A stretch of DNA of 59,370 bases, filler included. It is 3 parts of 3 records of this genome, joined end to end, with 100 filler letters (N's around TTAATTAATTAA, not from the genome) between each part and the next. Parts side by side here need not be neighbours in the genome. Positions count along the whole stretch, not along the records: positions 27,973 to 44,561 come from SRR31156797_5400; 2 more parts are not named here. The stretch is one strand, 5' to 3'. The notes under the pieces are model-generated. The model was not told the DNA's origin. It saw nothing but the letters and a program-made list of their open reading frames with translations, and did not search any database. This document shows positions 28,333-38,849 of the stretch, one piece after another. Numbering within the stretch: position 1 is the first letter of the stretch; each line of letters opens with the position of its first letter. The position numbers and the translations under genes were made by a program.

Positions 28333-30687
28333 CTAGTACTTTAATTCCGCTATTGTCACTCCGTCCTCGCCTTCACCATATTTACCGAGACGAAAGCTCT
28401 TTACATGAGGATGTTTCCTTAGATGTTTATGTACTGCGTTGCGCAGTATGCCTGTCCCCTTACCATGAATAATCTGAACAGAGGGAAGTCTTGACATATA
28501 GGCATTATCCAAGTATAAATCCAAACTCATCAAACCCTCATCTGTATTATGACCACGAATATCCAGCTCAAGCGGAGCAGTGCTCTTTTTAATTGATGAG
28601 TTTTTATTCTTTTTTGTTATATTGCTAACATTCTCTTTGGTTAAGGCAATATTGCTTAATTTAGTTGTCAGTTTCATTATCCCTGCCATTACCTGAAGCT
28701 CACCCTTTGAATTAGGCATCTTTATTACAGTTGCAATCATATTATTGTCAATGAGCTTTACAGTTTGCCCTAACTTTAAATCCTTTGGCTTTACTGTGCT
28801 GTCTGAGCCTATTCCTATGCTAATTTCAGTATCATTATCTGATAAACGAAGATTGTCATTTATTTCTTGTCGTTCTCTGTCAAGATTTCCAACAGCTCCG
28901 CTTTCCAGCTTTTTTAGCCTTTTTATAGTTTCGTTTGCCTTTTCTTTAGCTTCTGCAATTATTTCATTCGCCTTCTTTTGAGCTTTGATAATTTCATTGT
29001 CATGCTTATCTTTTAGCTTTTTATAATCTGCATCACTGCGCTCCATAAGCTTCTTTGCATCTTCATGATAGCTTTCTGCTTCTTTTCGCATTTTCAGTGC
29101 TGCTTTTCTATTACGCTGAGCTGACTGAATAATATCCTCAAAGTGAATATCATCGTCATCAATATGTCCTTTAGCACCTTTTATAATAACTTCATCCAAT
29201 CCAAGTCTTCGTGAAATCTCAAAAGCGTTAGACTTACCAGGTATACCAATTCCCATATGATATGTAGGTGATAAAGTTTCAACATCAAATTCCATAGCGG
29301 CATTTTCCACATAATCCTTAGTCATTGCATATGCCTTAAGCTCAGAATAGTGAGTTGTAGCTAGCACCAAAGATCCCAATGATATAAGATGCTCCAAGAT
29401 ACTGATTGCCAATGCAGCTCCTTCCGTAGGATCAGTTCCTGCACCTAATTCATCCAATAACACCAATGAATTGTAATCTGCCTCGTTTACTATTTTAACA
29501 ATATTTTTCATATGAGACGAGAATGTTGAAAGGCTTTGCTCAATGCTTTGCTCATCTCCAATGTCAGCATAAATTTTGTTCATAATAGGCAGTGTAGTAC
29601 CATGAGACGCCGGCACAAACAGACCACACTGCATCATCAGTACGAACAGTCCGCATGTCTTTAAAGATACTGTCTTGCCTCCAGTGTTTGGTCCTGTAAC
29701 TATCAAACACTGGAATTTATCACCGCACCAGATATCAATAGGTACTACAGACTTAGCCTCAATAAGAGGATGCCTGCCCTTTATTATATTAATATATCCA
29801 TCAGTATTTACTAATGGCATTATTCCGTCAATCTCTGCTGCATATTTTGCCTTTGCAAATACAAAGTCCAGGTTACTCAAAGTATTATAAGATTCTGTAA
29901 TACTCTCTGTTTTTTCCTCTACCAAAGCTGAAAGTCTTATTAATACCTTTAGTATTTCCTTTTCTTCTTCCTGCTCCATAGACTTAATAGTATTATTAAG
30001 TTCTACGACACTCATAGGTTCAATGAATACAGTAGAACCACTGGAAGATACATCATGAACTATACCCTGCACATTTCCTTTATGCTCTGCCTTTACAGGC
30101 AATACATATCTGCCGCTGCGGATGGTTATTATGCTCTCTTGTAAATACAGTGATTTGCTTTTCAGCATACTATCCATTTTTTCACGAATCTGGCTTTGCT
30201 TTCGCCTAATGTTTTTCCTGATCGAATACAACTCATCAGAAGCATCATCAGCCACATCATCTTCACTTAAAATACACTTCTTTATCTCATTTTCAGTAAA
30301 TCTATCTACAATTAATAAAGATGCATAAGTCTTTATTATCGGCAGTTCCATTTCCTCTTCATCAAGAATAGCATTGTGTACCTCTCTTGATACCATGAGG
30401 AAATTAGCAATACGAAGCAGATTACCACCATGAAGAGTTGCTCCGATTTGAGCTCGCTTTGCTACAGATTCTACTTCGTCAAACATCCTTATCGGAGAGC
30501 TCAGAGCTTTCTGAAGATACTGGAGTGCTTCTAGAGTCTCCAGCAGACCGTTTTCCACCTCTAACTGATTAGTCATTGGTGTCAATTTATCTACCATTAT
30601 CCTACTGGAATCAGAGACACATTTATCTTTAACTGTTTCTAAAACTTTATCAAGTTCTAATTTTTTATATGTTTTATCAACCTGCAT
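28333..30687 (-). CDS. mutS2: Endonuclease MutS2
   Basis: TGPNTGGKT, LLDELGAGTDP, TTHYSEL and a C-terminal Smr domain (IIHGKGTG); 784 aa. Confidence 0.96.
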   Translation of the reverse strand: MQVDKTYKKLELDKVLETVKDKCVSDSSRIMVDKLTPMTNQLEVENGLLETLEALQYLQKALSSPIRMFDEVESVAKRAQIGATLHGGNLLRIANFLMVSREVHNAILDEEEMELPIIKTYASLLIVDRFTENEIKKCILSEDDVADDASDELYSIRKNIRRKQSQIREKMDSMLKSKSLYLQESIITIRSGRYVLPVKAEHKGNVQGIVHDVSSSGSTVFIEPMSVVELNNTIKSMEQEEEKEILKVLIRLSALVEEKTESITESYNTLSNLDFVFAKAKYAAEIDGIMPLVNTDGYINIIKGRHPLIEAKSVVPIDIWCGDKFQCLIVTGPNTGGKTVSLKTCGLFVLMMQCGLFVPASHGTTLPIMNKIYADIGDEQSIEQSLSTFSSHMKNIVKIVNEADYNSLVLLDELGAGTDPTEGAALAISILEHLISLGSLVLATTHYSELKAYAMTKDYVENAAMEFDVETLSPTYHMGIGIPGKSNAFEISRRLGLDEVIIKGAKGHIDDDDIHFEDIIQSAQRNRKAALKMRKEAESYHEDAKKLMERSDADYKKLKDKHDNEIIKAQKKANEIIAEAKEKANETIKRLKKLESGAVGNLDRERQEINDNLRLSDNDTEISIGIGSDSTVKPKDLKLGQTVKLIDNNMIATVIKMPNSKGELQVMAGIMKLTTKLSNIALTKENVSNITKKNKNSSIKKSTAPLELDIRGHNTDEGLMSLDLYLDNAYMSRLPSVQIIHGKGTGILRNAVHKHLRKHPHVKSFRLGKYGEGEDGVTIAELKY

Positions 30688-30695
30688 TATTTTTC

Positions 30696-31091
30696 CTAGA
30701 ATCGTCTCTTCTCAACGTATCCCTGCTCAACGAGGTCTGAAACTTCATCATTCAGGTATACATCACATTCTGCCTTGTATGGTTCTGCAGTTTTTCTGCG
30801 TATTTTTTGTGACAAACTAGTAAGCACACGCATTAATACCAAATATACTAAAGCTACATACAAAAAATCTACCTTAAATACAAAAAGTAATACCGCAATC
30901 AATACAATTTCTGAAATATACATAATCATTGAGAGTGTATGTCCCTTTTTATGACGCTCTTCACATGCTTCACATCTTGGAATATCAACTACCTTTGATT
31001 TCTTTCTGTCACTCTGCATTACTAATTCTACTTTATATAGATTGTCCTCATTAGCTTCTTTTTCATTACAAAACCAGCAAACTTCATTCAT
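30696..31091 (-). CDS. Hypothetical membrane protein with N-terminal CxxC...CxxC
   Basis: CWFC and CEAC pairs followed by two hydrophobic helices; 8 nt upstream of mutS2. Confidence 0.75.
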   Translation of the reverse strand: MNEVCWFCNEKEANEDNLYKVELVMQSDRKKSKVVDIPRCEACEERHKKGHTLSMIMYISEIVLIAVLLFVFKVDFLYVALVYLVLMRVLTSLSQKIRRKTAEPYKAECDVYLNDEVSDLVEQGYVEKRRF

Positions 31092-31423
31092 AATATTTTA
31101 CAATCCTTATTATAATAAATCATTCTGTTCTATTATAACCCTAAGCCATTCAATTAGCAATGATTAGCTGTAATTGCTATTTAAGCAGCAACTCTTTTAA
31201 GATATCAAAATTATAAAACTTTATTTTGTACAAATTATGTCAATATGAATGTTTTTATGTTAAGTGAAACTATAATAATCAAGGATTTAATTCCCTGCAA
31301 TGTATTATTTATAATATGATTTAAAATAAAAAGTTTATTTCAACTATGACAGTTATTTTTTGTTTCTAATGGTAATAACCAATAGTACTATGCAGTATAG
31401 TCCTTATCTTTTACTATTTGTTT

Positions 31424-32641
31424 TTACTTTGCTAATATATTTTCCAGCTGATTAATCAGTGTATCTCTGTCAAAAAATTCTTCGGCGTATTTCTTGCCAT
31501 TTAACCCTAGTGTAATACGCTCATTAACAGACATATTGTATAGCTTAGTAATATTTTCCTTTAACATCAATGCATCATCTGCGTTAGATGTCAATCCACA
31601 TTGAGCTTCCTTGATAGTTTCTGCGCCTTCACCGTTAATAGAGCAGAGTATTGGTCTCCCTGCTGCCATATATGCCTGTATTTTAGCAGGTATTATTCTT
31701 TCAAACAGCCAGATATCTTTAAGTGATGCAAACAAACAATCCGCTATATCATAATATAAAGGCATGTCATTATATGGCTTCCTTCCAAGGAAATCAAACA
31801 TACTGATTAAGCCTTGTTCCTTAGCTAATTTCATAAAGTCAGGAAGATAATCACCGTCACCTACAATAATGAATTTAATATTCAAATCTTTATCCAGCAG
31901 TTTTGCCGTCTCTATTAATATACCTAAATTTTGAGGTATACCTACATTGCCTGTAAATACCACATTAAAGGATTCTTTGTACTTATTACTAATGCTTTCA
32001 TCATGATTAGGTTCATAGTCTGCTACCCACTGAGGCAGGTAAATAATCTTTTCTTCCTTAATACCAAAGTCCATCAGCGGCTGACGAAATCCTTTAGATG
32101 TTATCAACAATTTGTCAAATCTATTGTAAGTACGTTTGCTGTAACTGCGTAGTACACGCCGTGCAAATCTATTCTTTATATCTACCACTGAATATATACT
32201 CTCCGGCCAAATATCCAGCACATAGACTATTTTCTCGCATTTATTGAACAATCCTACAAAAAGAGCTGGTATCGCCTGAAAGAGGGGTGATGGCTCATAC
32301 ACAAATATCTTATCATACTTCTTAAATAGCAAAGGTATGCTTCTGAATACTGCGCATATAGCGAAAGTAGCATAGTTCAAGCTAATACCAATACTGGAAT
32401 TCCTAAGCCTGGGAAATACCGTACATCTGTGCAGTTTAGCACTTTTGTATTGTTTCGCTCCTCTTTTAAAGATACCGTACCCATCATAAAACCTTCCCTG
32501 AGGATAGTTAGGAAGTCCTGTCAGTACATCAACCTCGAAGCCCTTCTTCACCATCTCACTGGCAATATCATTTATTCCAAATGTCTCAGGATAGAAATTC
32601 TGCGTTACTATTAATAATCTCTTTTTCATTGACTTTCTCAT
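31424..32641 (-). CDS. GT4 glycosyltransferase (WbuB/CapL-like)
   Basis: TQNFYPE, GLPNYPQG, LDIWPES, FTGNVG and PAKIQAYMAAGRP motifs. Confidence 0.9.
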   Translation of the reverse strand: MRKSMKKRLLIVTQNFYPETFGINDIASEMVKKGFEVDVLTGLPNYPQGRFYDGYGIFKRGAKQYKSAKLHRCTVFPRLRNSSIGISLNYATFAICAVFRSIPLLFKKYDKIFVYEPSPLFQAIPALFVGLFNKCEKIVYVLDIWPESIYSVVDIKNRFARRVLRSYSKRTYNRFDKLLITSKGFRQPLMDFGIKEEKIIYLPQWVADYEPNHDESISNKYKESFNVVFTGNVGIPQNLGILIETAKLLDKDLNIKFIIVGDGDYLPDFMKLAKEQGLISMFDFLGRKPYNDMPLYYDIADCLFASLKDIWLFERIIPAKIQAYMAAGRPILCSINGEGAETIKEAQCGLTSNADDALMLKENITKLYNMSVNERITLGLNGKKYAEEFFDRDTLINQLENILAK

Positions 32642-33721
32642 TTATTCATCCAGATATTTTCTATAAGTTTTTACTAGTTTGTCCATGTCATCAAGTATTT
32701 CATTAGCAAATAAGCTGCAGTTTTTACCCATAACATTTCTATCAATTTTACTATACCATTCATAGACATTATCTGCACATTTTTCATCATCCAGATTAAT
32801 AGCTGTTCCAATACCGTATTTTTTTACTACTTCCTCTGAATAACTTCCAGCTGTTACAATCTGCGGTATTGTATAAAAAACAGCATCATACATTCTGTTT
32901 GTCATCGCTAGATTTTGGAACTTATCATTTGCCAGCGAATTATTGATGATATCAGCTTCCTCCATAATTTTCTGCTTTTCGTCTTGATTGAACCTGCCAT
33001 GAACTATTACATTTTTTATATTATTTACTTTTGTGTAATCCTTCAGCTCGTCAACGCACAATCCACTTCCATGAAAATGCATAACAAATCTTTGATCGTT
33101 TCCAAATGCATTAATCTGCTTTTTAATATGCTCTATATCTCTTACCATGCCTGCATAAGTAAGATTTATTACGCTGCTGCTGACTTTATTCATATTAACT
33201 ACATCTTCATAATTACCAGAATTATGAGAAACTATATATTGAAAATTCTTTGGGAGATATTCTATGAATCCAGTGGATGTGACAGTAGTAGCATATGAAT
33301 TATATACAACATTAGTAACCCAGTTTTTGTATATATTACTTTTTTCAAATGTATAATCTGTGTATGCGAAAACATAATTATTCTTATAATTTCTTGCTAA
33401 GTAATTCCTAATCAAGGCTGCTGGGATTGTATAGAATACAAATATCTTATCATAATCATTTTGTTTCAGCAGTTTCAGCACAAAACGTCTGTACTTAAAA
33501 AATGAAATAAGTTTGAATATAACATGCTGTGATGAATCAATCACCTCTTTGTATGCATAAAGATTATCACCTAATTCATTCAGGTTTTCCCTGTCCCAAT
33601 ATATAATATCATAATCAATATCCATACTTTGAAGTACAGCTAATGCCCTTTTGATATAGGGCATAAGATAAATATTAGCAAATCCTATAACGGCGACCTT
33701 TTCACTCTTGCTGTTGTTCAT
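32642..33721 (-). CDS. GT-B fold polysaccharide biosynthesis glycosyltransferase
   Basis: YDIIYWDR, LTYAGMVR, FHGSG and NRMYDA..PQIV resemble capsule-locus GTs. Confidence 0.7.
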   Translation of the reverse strand: MNNSKSEKVAVIGFANIYLMPYIKRALAVLQSMDIDYDIIYWDRENLNELGDNLYAYKEVIDSSQHVIFKLISFFKYRRFVLKLLKQNDYDKIFVFYTIPAALIRNYLARNYKNNYVFAYTDYTFEKSNIYKNWVTNVVYNSYATTVTSTGFIEYLPKNFQYIVSHNSGNYEDVVNMNKVSSSVINLTYAGMVRDIEHIKKQINAFGNDQRFVMHFHGSGLCVDELKDYTKVNNIKNVIVHGRFNQDEKQKIMEEADIINNSLANDKFQNLAMTNRMYDAVFYTIPQIVTAGSYSEEVVKKYGIGTAINLDDEKCADNVYEWYSKIDRNVMGKNCSLFANEILDDMDKLVKTYRKYLDE

Positions 33722-33870
33722 TGTTTCTCCTACTATATATTAAATGATTATAGTCTAATATCTCTTCAAATGTTAATCATAATACATTGATAAAGATAAG
33801 TCTATGCTTAATTACAATAAATCTAAATACAGAAAAAGGCTATAACATATGCAAAGCTTCAATAGGTAAG

Positions 33871-34281
33871 TTAATCAAGTTTTTTCTTGTACTCTTCTAA
33901 TTTCGTATTTAACTGTTTCTTATAATAATTTATTGTAACAATAGCAATAATAAATCCACTCAGTTCAGCAAATCCCACTATAATTAAGTATAGTTTAAGA
34001 GATTTAAATCCAGATAAGTACAATCCTATGGATGTTCCAGCTGCAATTAGGATAAAAAGCGCAATATAACTAGGTAATATATTATGGGGCCAAACTTTTG
34101 ACGTGAAATTCATAACATTTTCGGACACAAACCATATCAAACTACCAAGAAGTATGCTATTTATTATATATATTCTATCAACATTGCCGTCATTAAGAAC
34201 TAACATTGCCAGCATGCAAATAGTAAATGATACACCAATTGTAATCAAAAGACGAAAAAGTCCTCCTTTTGTAAATATCAT
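33871..34281 (-). CDS. Small four-TM membrane protein (DUF3021-like partner of LytTR)
   Basis: Four hydrophobic helices and a basic tail KQLNTKLEEYKK; ATG 34281 lies 1 nt after the LytTR stop. Confidence 0.7.
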   Translation of the reverse strand: MIFTKGGLFRLLITIGVSFTICMLAMLVLNDGNVDRIYIINSILLGSLIWFVSENVMNFTSKVWPHNILPSYIALFILIAAGTSIGLYLSGFKSLKLYLIIVGFAELSGFIIAIVTINYYKKQLNTKLEEYKKKLD

Positions 34282-34282
34282 T

Positions 34283-34831
34283 TCAAAATCCCAACCTTTC
34301 CTTAAAAGCTTTTGTGTAATTTCTTGATATGTCAAACGGTGTTTTGAACCCTTCTAAATTGATTAGAAGTCTCCCCTTAAACATTGGTGTAATCAAACTT
34401 ATCTTTTTCATATTTACAAGTTCGGACTTATTTATTCGGAAAAAGTATTTGTTTTGCAGTTCATCTTCAAGCTGGTACAATTTACTTTTTATAAGATACT
34501 TTTTACATCCTGAAACATGAGCAAATGTATCATTATTTGCAGCACTGAAATAAGAAATATTTTCTATCTTAAGAGGTACATATCTGCCATTATCAATTCC
34601 GATAATTATATCCCCTATCTTTTTTCTTGGTTTGAAGTTTTGTATGAAATCAGTAAAATCGTTTAAGTTTCTTCCATCAAAAACTATCTTAATACTAGAT
34701 TCTGATTTTATCCCAAATCCATCTTCTACAATGACAATTGAAGAAAAATCATCGATTATTATATTGTTTGACAGCAGAATTTCACTAACTTTTTCTTTAT
34801 TGTTCTCGCTGCATTCTAATCTAACTTTCAC
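34283..34831 (-). CDS. LytTR DNA-binding protein without an intact receiver domain
   Basis: ISYFSA..N, KLYQLE, FFRINKSELVN and ISRNY LytTR motifs. Confidence 0.9.
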   Translation of the reverse strand: MKVRLECSENNKEKVSEILLSNNIIIDDFSSIVIVEDGFGIKSESSIKIVFDGRNLNDFTDFIQNFKPRKKIGDIIIGIDNGRYVPLKIENISYFSAANNDTFAHVSGCKKYLIKSKLYQLEDELQNKYFFRINKSELVNMKKISLITPMFKGRLLINLEGFKTPFDISRNYTKAFKERLGF

Positions 34832-34853
34832 TTTTTACACCTTACTAATGCAA

Positions 34854-35732
34854 TCATTCTGCTTTACGCAGCTTAATTATAATAATCGATCCAATATAAA
34901 ATATTATACCAAAGATAATAAGTATTGCAATTATCTGTAGATTGTTCAGCACATGTTCGCCTATTACAATGTCTACCCCATAAATCTGTCGCACTTCCTC
35001 TGCGACATAATCTGGGCAATTGCCTAGAACCTCATTAATACTGTCTTTCATTATTATCTGTCTTATAATTGATGATACCTGAAGCAAAGGAAATGATTTT
35101 ATTGCTGTTGCAACACCATCACTAAGCATACCAACAGGCACATATAATCCCAACAAAAATCCTAATAGTATATTCAAAAGACTATTTGCGATGCTAACTC
35201 CTGCACTAGTTCTGACAAAAGATAAAGCGAAATACTCCAGACCAGTGAATGAAAATATAACAAGTGAAATAATTCCTAATACTTTTAAAGTATCAGCTAA
35301 CGATAATAGCTCCCCACCATCAAATACTATAACTATTTCGCATAATGTAAAGCATACAATCGACATGATAAAGCTGACAATACATGCAGATACTACATAT
35401 CCCAGTGTAATTGATATCCTCTTTGCAGGCGATATTAACAAATCATTATAAGTACCATCTACAACATCATCAACCTTAAAGCATAGTAATACAAGTGGCA
35501 CACTAACAGCAGGTATAAGTACCAGTCCTCCTACTATCCATGTGTTAATCATATTATCTATTCCTGCAATATCACCTACAGCATCCTTTACATAGGCTAT
35601 CTGAACATCAGCTAGGAAAAACAAATAAAGAAAAGCGACGATAAATGCACTAAGCAGAGAAAAAATCACTGCTCCTTTATTCCTGTAATATCTATACATA
35701 TTTCTTTTTACCAGTGTTACTACTTCACCCAT
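34854..35732 (-). CDS. ABC-2 type exporter permease
   Basis: LVKRNMYRYYRNK N-terminus, DLLISP, GLYVP; about six TMs. Confidence 0.9.
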   Translation of the reverse strand: MGEVVTLVKRNMYRYYRNKGAVIFSLLSAFIVAFLYLFFLADVQIAYVKDAVGDIAGIDNMINTWIVGGLVLIPAVSVPLVLLCFKVDDVVDGTYNDLLISPAKRISITLGYVVSACIVSFIMSIVCFTLCEIVIVFDGGELLSLADTLKVLGIISLVIFSFTGLEYFALSFVRTSAGVSIANSLLNILLGFLLGLYVPVGMLSDGVATAIKSFPLLQVSSIIRQIIMKDSINEVLGNCPDYVAEEVRQIYGVDIVIGEHVLNNLQIIAILIIFGIIFYIGSIIIIKLRKAE

Positions 35733-36645
35733 TATCTGCCTCCTTATTCTTTTCCACCAATGTCATAAATACCTGCTCTAAATTACCGCTTATTACCTCA
35801 AACCCTTTGATATGCTTTTCTAATTCATTAAGAATAGTGAGTGCATCCATACAACTATTCAAATGTACTGTAAAGGTTTCTTTATCTAATTCAAAAAAGA
35901 ATTTCTCTGCTGCTAGATATTTAGAAATTCTATCTCTATCTTTGGGATAAATTAACAATCTGTCGTAGCTGTACTTAAGTTTCAAATTATTAGGAGTATC
36001 ATTCTCAATAATTCTGCCTTTATCAATCACTATAATCCTGTCAGCATTTGATGCCTCTTCCATATAGTGAGTAGTTAGAAATACCGTCAGATATGTCTCC
36101 CTGTTTAAGTCCATTATACAGTTCCATACACTCTGCCTTGTGTATGGATCAAGCCCTGTTGTCGGCTCATCAAGTATTAAAATCTTAGGTTTATTAATTA
36201 GTGCACGTGCAATATCTGCCCTTCTTCTTTGTCCGCCGCTTAGCTTACCGTATTTTCTGTTCAGCAATTCTCCTATACCAATTTTTGTATCAAGTTCACT
36301 GATTCTTCCTTCAATCTCTGCATTTGATAAACCATAAAGCTTTCCACGGCATAAGAGATTTTCCTTAACCGTCAAAAAATCATCCAACAATTTATTCTGG
36401 AACACTATTCCTATATCTTTTCTAATCATACCGTCATCTTTATCAACAACATTTCCATTAATTTCAACTTCACCAGAAGTCTTTTTTAGCAAAGTTGAAA
36501 TAATATTTATTACTGTTGATTTGCCTGCACCGTTTTCACCTAGGAATGCATAGAATTTTCCTTTTTCCACACCAAAGCTTACACCTTTTACAGCCATTAC
36601 ATTTTCATAATTCTTCACCAAATTATCTACCTTTATTATTTCCAT
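35725..36645 (-). CDS. ABC exporter ATP-binding protein
   Basis: GENGAGKS, LSGGQ, LDEPTTGLD and TTHYMEEA motifs. Confidence 0.95.
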   Translation of the reverse strand: MEIIKVDNLVKNYENVMAVKGVSFGVEKGKFYAFLGENGAGKSTVINIISTLLKKTSGEVEINGNVVDKDDGMIRKDIGIVFQNKLLDDFLTVKENLLCRGKLYGLSNAEIEGRISELDTKIGIGELLNRKYGKLSGGQRRRADIARALINKPKILILDEPTTGLDPYTRQSVWNCIMDLNRETYLTVFLTTHYMEEASNADRIIVIDKGRIIENDTPNNLKLKYSYDRLLIYPKDRDRISKYLAAEKFFFELDKETFTVHLNSCMDALTILNELEKHIKGFEVISGNLEQVFMTLVEKNKEADNG

Positions 36646-36668
36646 TATCACTGCTCCTTTATGGTTTC

Positions 36669-36752
36669 AGTATAACGTGAAAATATCATCTGTAATACAA
36701 TCTAAATGTATCATGCTGATATATGCATGTAAGCTGATATATTTTTATGTAA
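36669..36752 (-). promoter_or_regulatory. Promoter with candidate LytTR direct repeats
   Basis: Minus-strand -10 TATACT (36674-36669); TACAT repeated at 20- and 21-bp spacing; ATATATCAGC twice. Confidence 0.5.
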
Positions 36753-36759
36753 AGAGACT

Positions 36760-36783
36760 AAAAAACCCTGCGTAATGCAGGGT
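36760..36783 (-). terminator. Terminator after the Mrp gene
   Basis: ACCCTGC-gtaat-GCAGGGT stem with a T-run on the minus strand. Confidence 0.75.
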
Positions 36784-36814
36784 AAAAATGAATTTATCGT
36801 TTTTATATTTTACT

Positions 36815-37636
36815 TTACAGGACTTTAATTATTTCATCCAGTTCATTTGCAGCAAAATCCTCTATCCTTCCGCTGTCAGCCAGCTTTGCGAATTCTGATT
36901 TTATAGGCAGTTTTGATATCAATTCAATACCATGTTCCTTAGCAACTGATTCAATATTGCTTTCACCGAAAATACTATGCTCACTTCCGCAGTCCGGGCA
37001 TTTATAGTATGAATAGTTTTCCACCATAGCAACGATTGGAATATCCATCATTTTCGCCATATTTACAGCCTTTGAAGCTATCATAGATACCAATTCCTGT
37101 GGTGATGTAATTACTATTATGCCATCTACAGGAAGAGACTGAAATACTGTCAGGGGTACATCACCCGTTCCCGGAGGCATATCCACAAACATATAGTCTA
37201 TTTCACCCCAGATTACATCAGTCCAGAATTGCTTAACAGCTCCCGCAATAATCGGTCCTCTCCATACAACAGGGTCTGTTTGATTCTTTAGCAGCAGATT
37301 TATTGACATCATCTTTATACCGTTTTCGCTCACTGCAGGGAAAAGCCCCGTTTCACTCTGTGCCGCAAGGCTGTCTATGCCAAAATGCTTTGGTATAGAT
37401 GGTCCTGTAATGTCAGCATCCAGTATTGCTGTCTTTTTCCCTTGTCGGTTCATCAATACTGCAAGCATTGATGTTACCATTGATTTACCTACGCCGCCTT
37501 TGCCGCTTATAATACCGTAAACTTTCTTTACAGATGATTGTTCGTTTAGCTTAGCGGTGAAATCAGTTTGTTCAGCTGTTCTGTCTGCACAGCTTTCACC
37601 ACAGCTGCTGCAGTCATTATTACATGAATTACTCAT
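36815..37636 (-). CDS. Mrp/NBP35 (ApbC) Fe-S cluster carrier ATPase
   Basis: N-terminal CNNDCSSCGESC, SGKGGVGKS, VVWRGP, DMPPGTGD and CPDC motifs. Confidence 0.93.
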   Translation of the reverse strand: MSNSCNNDCSSCGESCADRTAEQTDFTAKLNEQSSVKKVYGIISGKGGVGKSMVTSMLAVLMNRQGKKTAILDADITGPSIPKHFGIDSLAAQSETGLFPAVSENGIKMMSINLLLKNQTDPVVWRGPIIAGAVKQFWTDVIWGEIDYMFVDMPPGTGDVPLTVFQSLPVDGIIVITSPQELVSMIASKAVNMAKMMDIPIVAMVENYSYYKCPDCGSEHSIFGESNIESVAKEHGIELISKLPIKSEFAKLADSGRIEDFAANELDEIIKVL

Positions 37637-37684
37637 ATCATTTATCCTTCCAAAATTAATATCATATTATAATACAAATCATAA

Positions 37685-38074
37685 TCAATCTTTTTCACTA
37701 TGTTTGCCTGCTCTGTTGCATTCTCCATTTTGCCCATGTCTGCGTCTGCAGTGCTTTCCGCATCCCATGGCAAACTCATCATCATTACAAATCTCAAAAT
37801 CACCACCCTCAATTCTAAGCAGTAAACCATCAACTAGAGATGATGCAAGTTTCTTTCGTGCATTCATATATATCCTCTGTACAGTAGTCCTTGCCACATT
37901 CATCCTTGCTGCACATTCCTCTTGGGTTAAGTTTTCCAAATCTATTAAACGAATAGTTTCGTATTCATCTACAGTCATTAAAATTACATCTTCTTTTTGA
38001 GTCTTATCAAGAGGACCGAATACGGTACTCTTTGGCATACAGCATACTCGTCTTCCTTTAACAGGTCTTGGCAT
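37685..38074 (-). CDS. DUF134 (UPF0251) predicted HTH DNA-binding protein
   Basis: MPRPVK.R.V, EYETIRLIDLE..TQEECA..MNVARTTVQRIY..ARKK and a Cys-rich tail; GGAGG RBS before ATG 38074. Confidence 0.9.
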   Translation of the reverse strand: MPRPVKGRRVCCMPKSTVFGPLDKTQKEDVILMTVDEYETIRLIDLENLTQEECAARMNVARTTVQRIYMNARKKLASSLVDGLLLRIEGGDFEICNDDEFAMGCGKHCRRRHGQNGECNRAGKHSEKD

Positions 38075-38153
38075 TTTGTCCTCCAATCAGTTATCATTTA
38101 TTTTACACAATTGTAAATTATTATATTTACTTTTCAGGCGCAAATAATAATTA

Positions 38154-38690
38154 CTACTTTATTATACCATAACAACAATTTAAGTGATCATAAAATACTC
38201 TACAGTTAGGAGGATAATAAGTAAATATTGCATAAGCTAATATTATGCATATTAATAATACTAATGCAATTATATTAAATTTAGAGTAATCTCTTTTTGA
38301 AATTGTTATGTAATATGCTGTTAACAAACCAATTATTATTGTTACGATAGTCAATATAATACTAAGAAATACTGTGTTCTTAACTCCTAATCCAATGTAT
38401 CCGTAATAAATCGCCAGCATTGATACAGGCATCACCAGTAATGAAACCACACGGGCAAAGAAATAATTACGGAATTTTTTTCCTATAATTAAATATTCAA
38501 TTATAAACAAAGCCAACGCTGGTATATAGAATAATTTACAGTGTTCCCAAGGGCTTTCATTCACAGGAAACAATACTGAAGTCAGTATACTAGGCAACAT
38601 TTCGTATAACTCATGAACCAAAACAGCAAGTCCAATAAATATAAGAATGCTAACGATTGTTGATATCAATAATTTCTTCTTATCTCTCAT
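38154..38690 (-). CDS. DUF6512-like membrane protein, copy 1
   Basis: H..Y, FPVNESPWEH.KL and FTYYPP; five TMs. Confidence 0.75.
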   Translation of the reverse strand: MRDKKKLLISTIVSILIFIGLAVLVHELYEMLPSILTSVLFPVNESPWEHCKLFYIPALALFIIEYLIIGKKFRNYFFARVVSLLVMPVSMLAIYYGYIGLGVKNTVFLSIILTIVTIIIGLLTAYYITISKRDYSKFNIIALVLLICIILAYAIFTYYPPNCRVFYDHLNCCYGIIK

Positions 38691-38737
38691 AATTACTCCC
38701 TTAATAATTTATTAACCCCAGATTATTTTAAATAAAT

Positions 38738-38755
38738 AATTGACATATGTCAATT
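38738..38755. promoter_or_regulatory. 18-bp perfect palindrome, candidate operator
   Basis: AATTGACATATGTCAATT. Overlaps a minus-strand TTGACA-17-TAAAAT and the +1 of a second TTGACA-17-TATTAT (38786-38758). Confidence 0.75.
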
Positions 38756-38849
38756 GAATAATAGTAAGACTCTCTAATTTTGTCAAATATTCTAAATGTT
38801 ATTTATTCACTATGATTTACCATATTAGCTACAAATAATTATATTGTAA

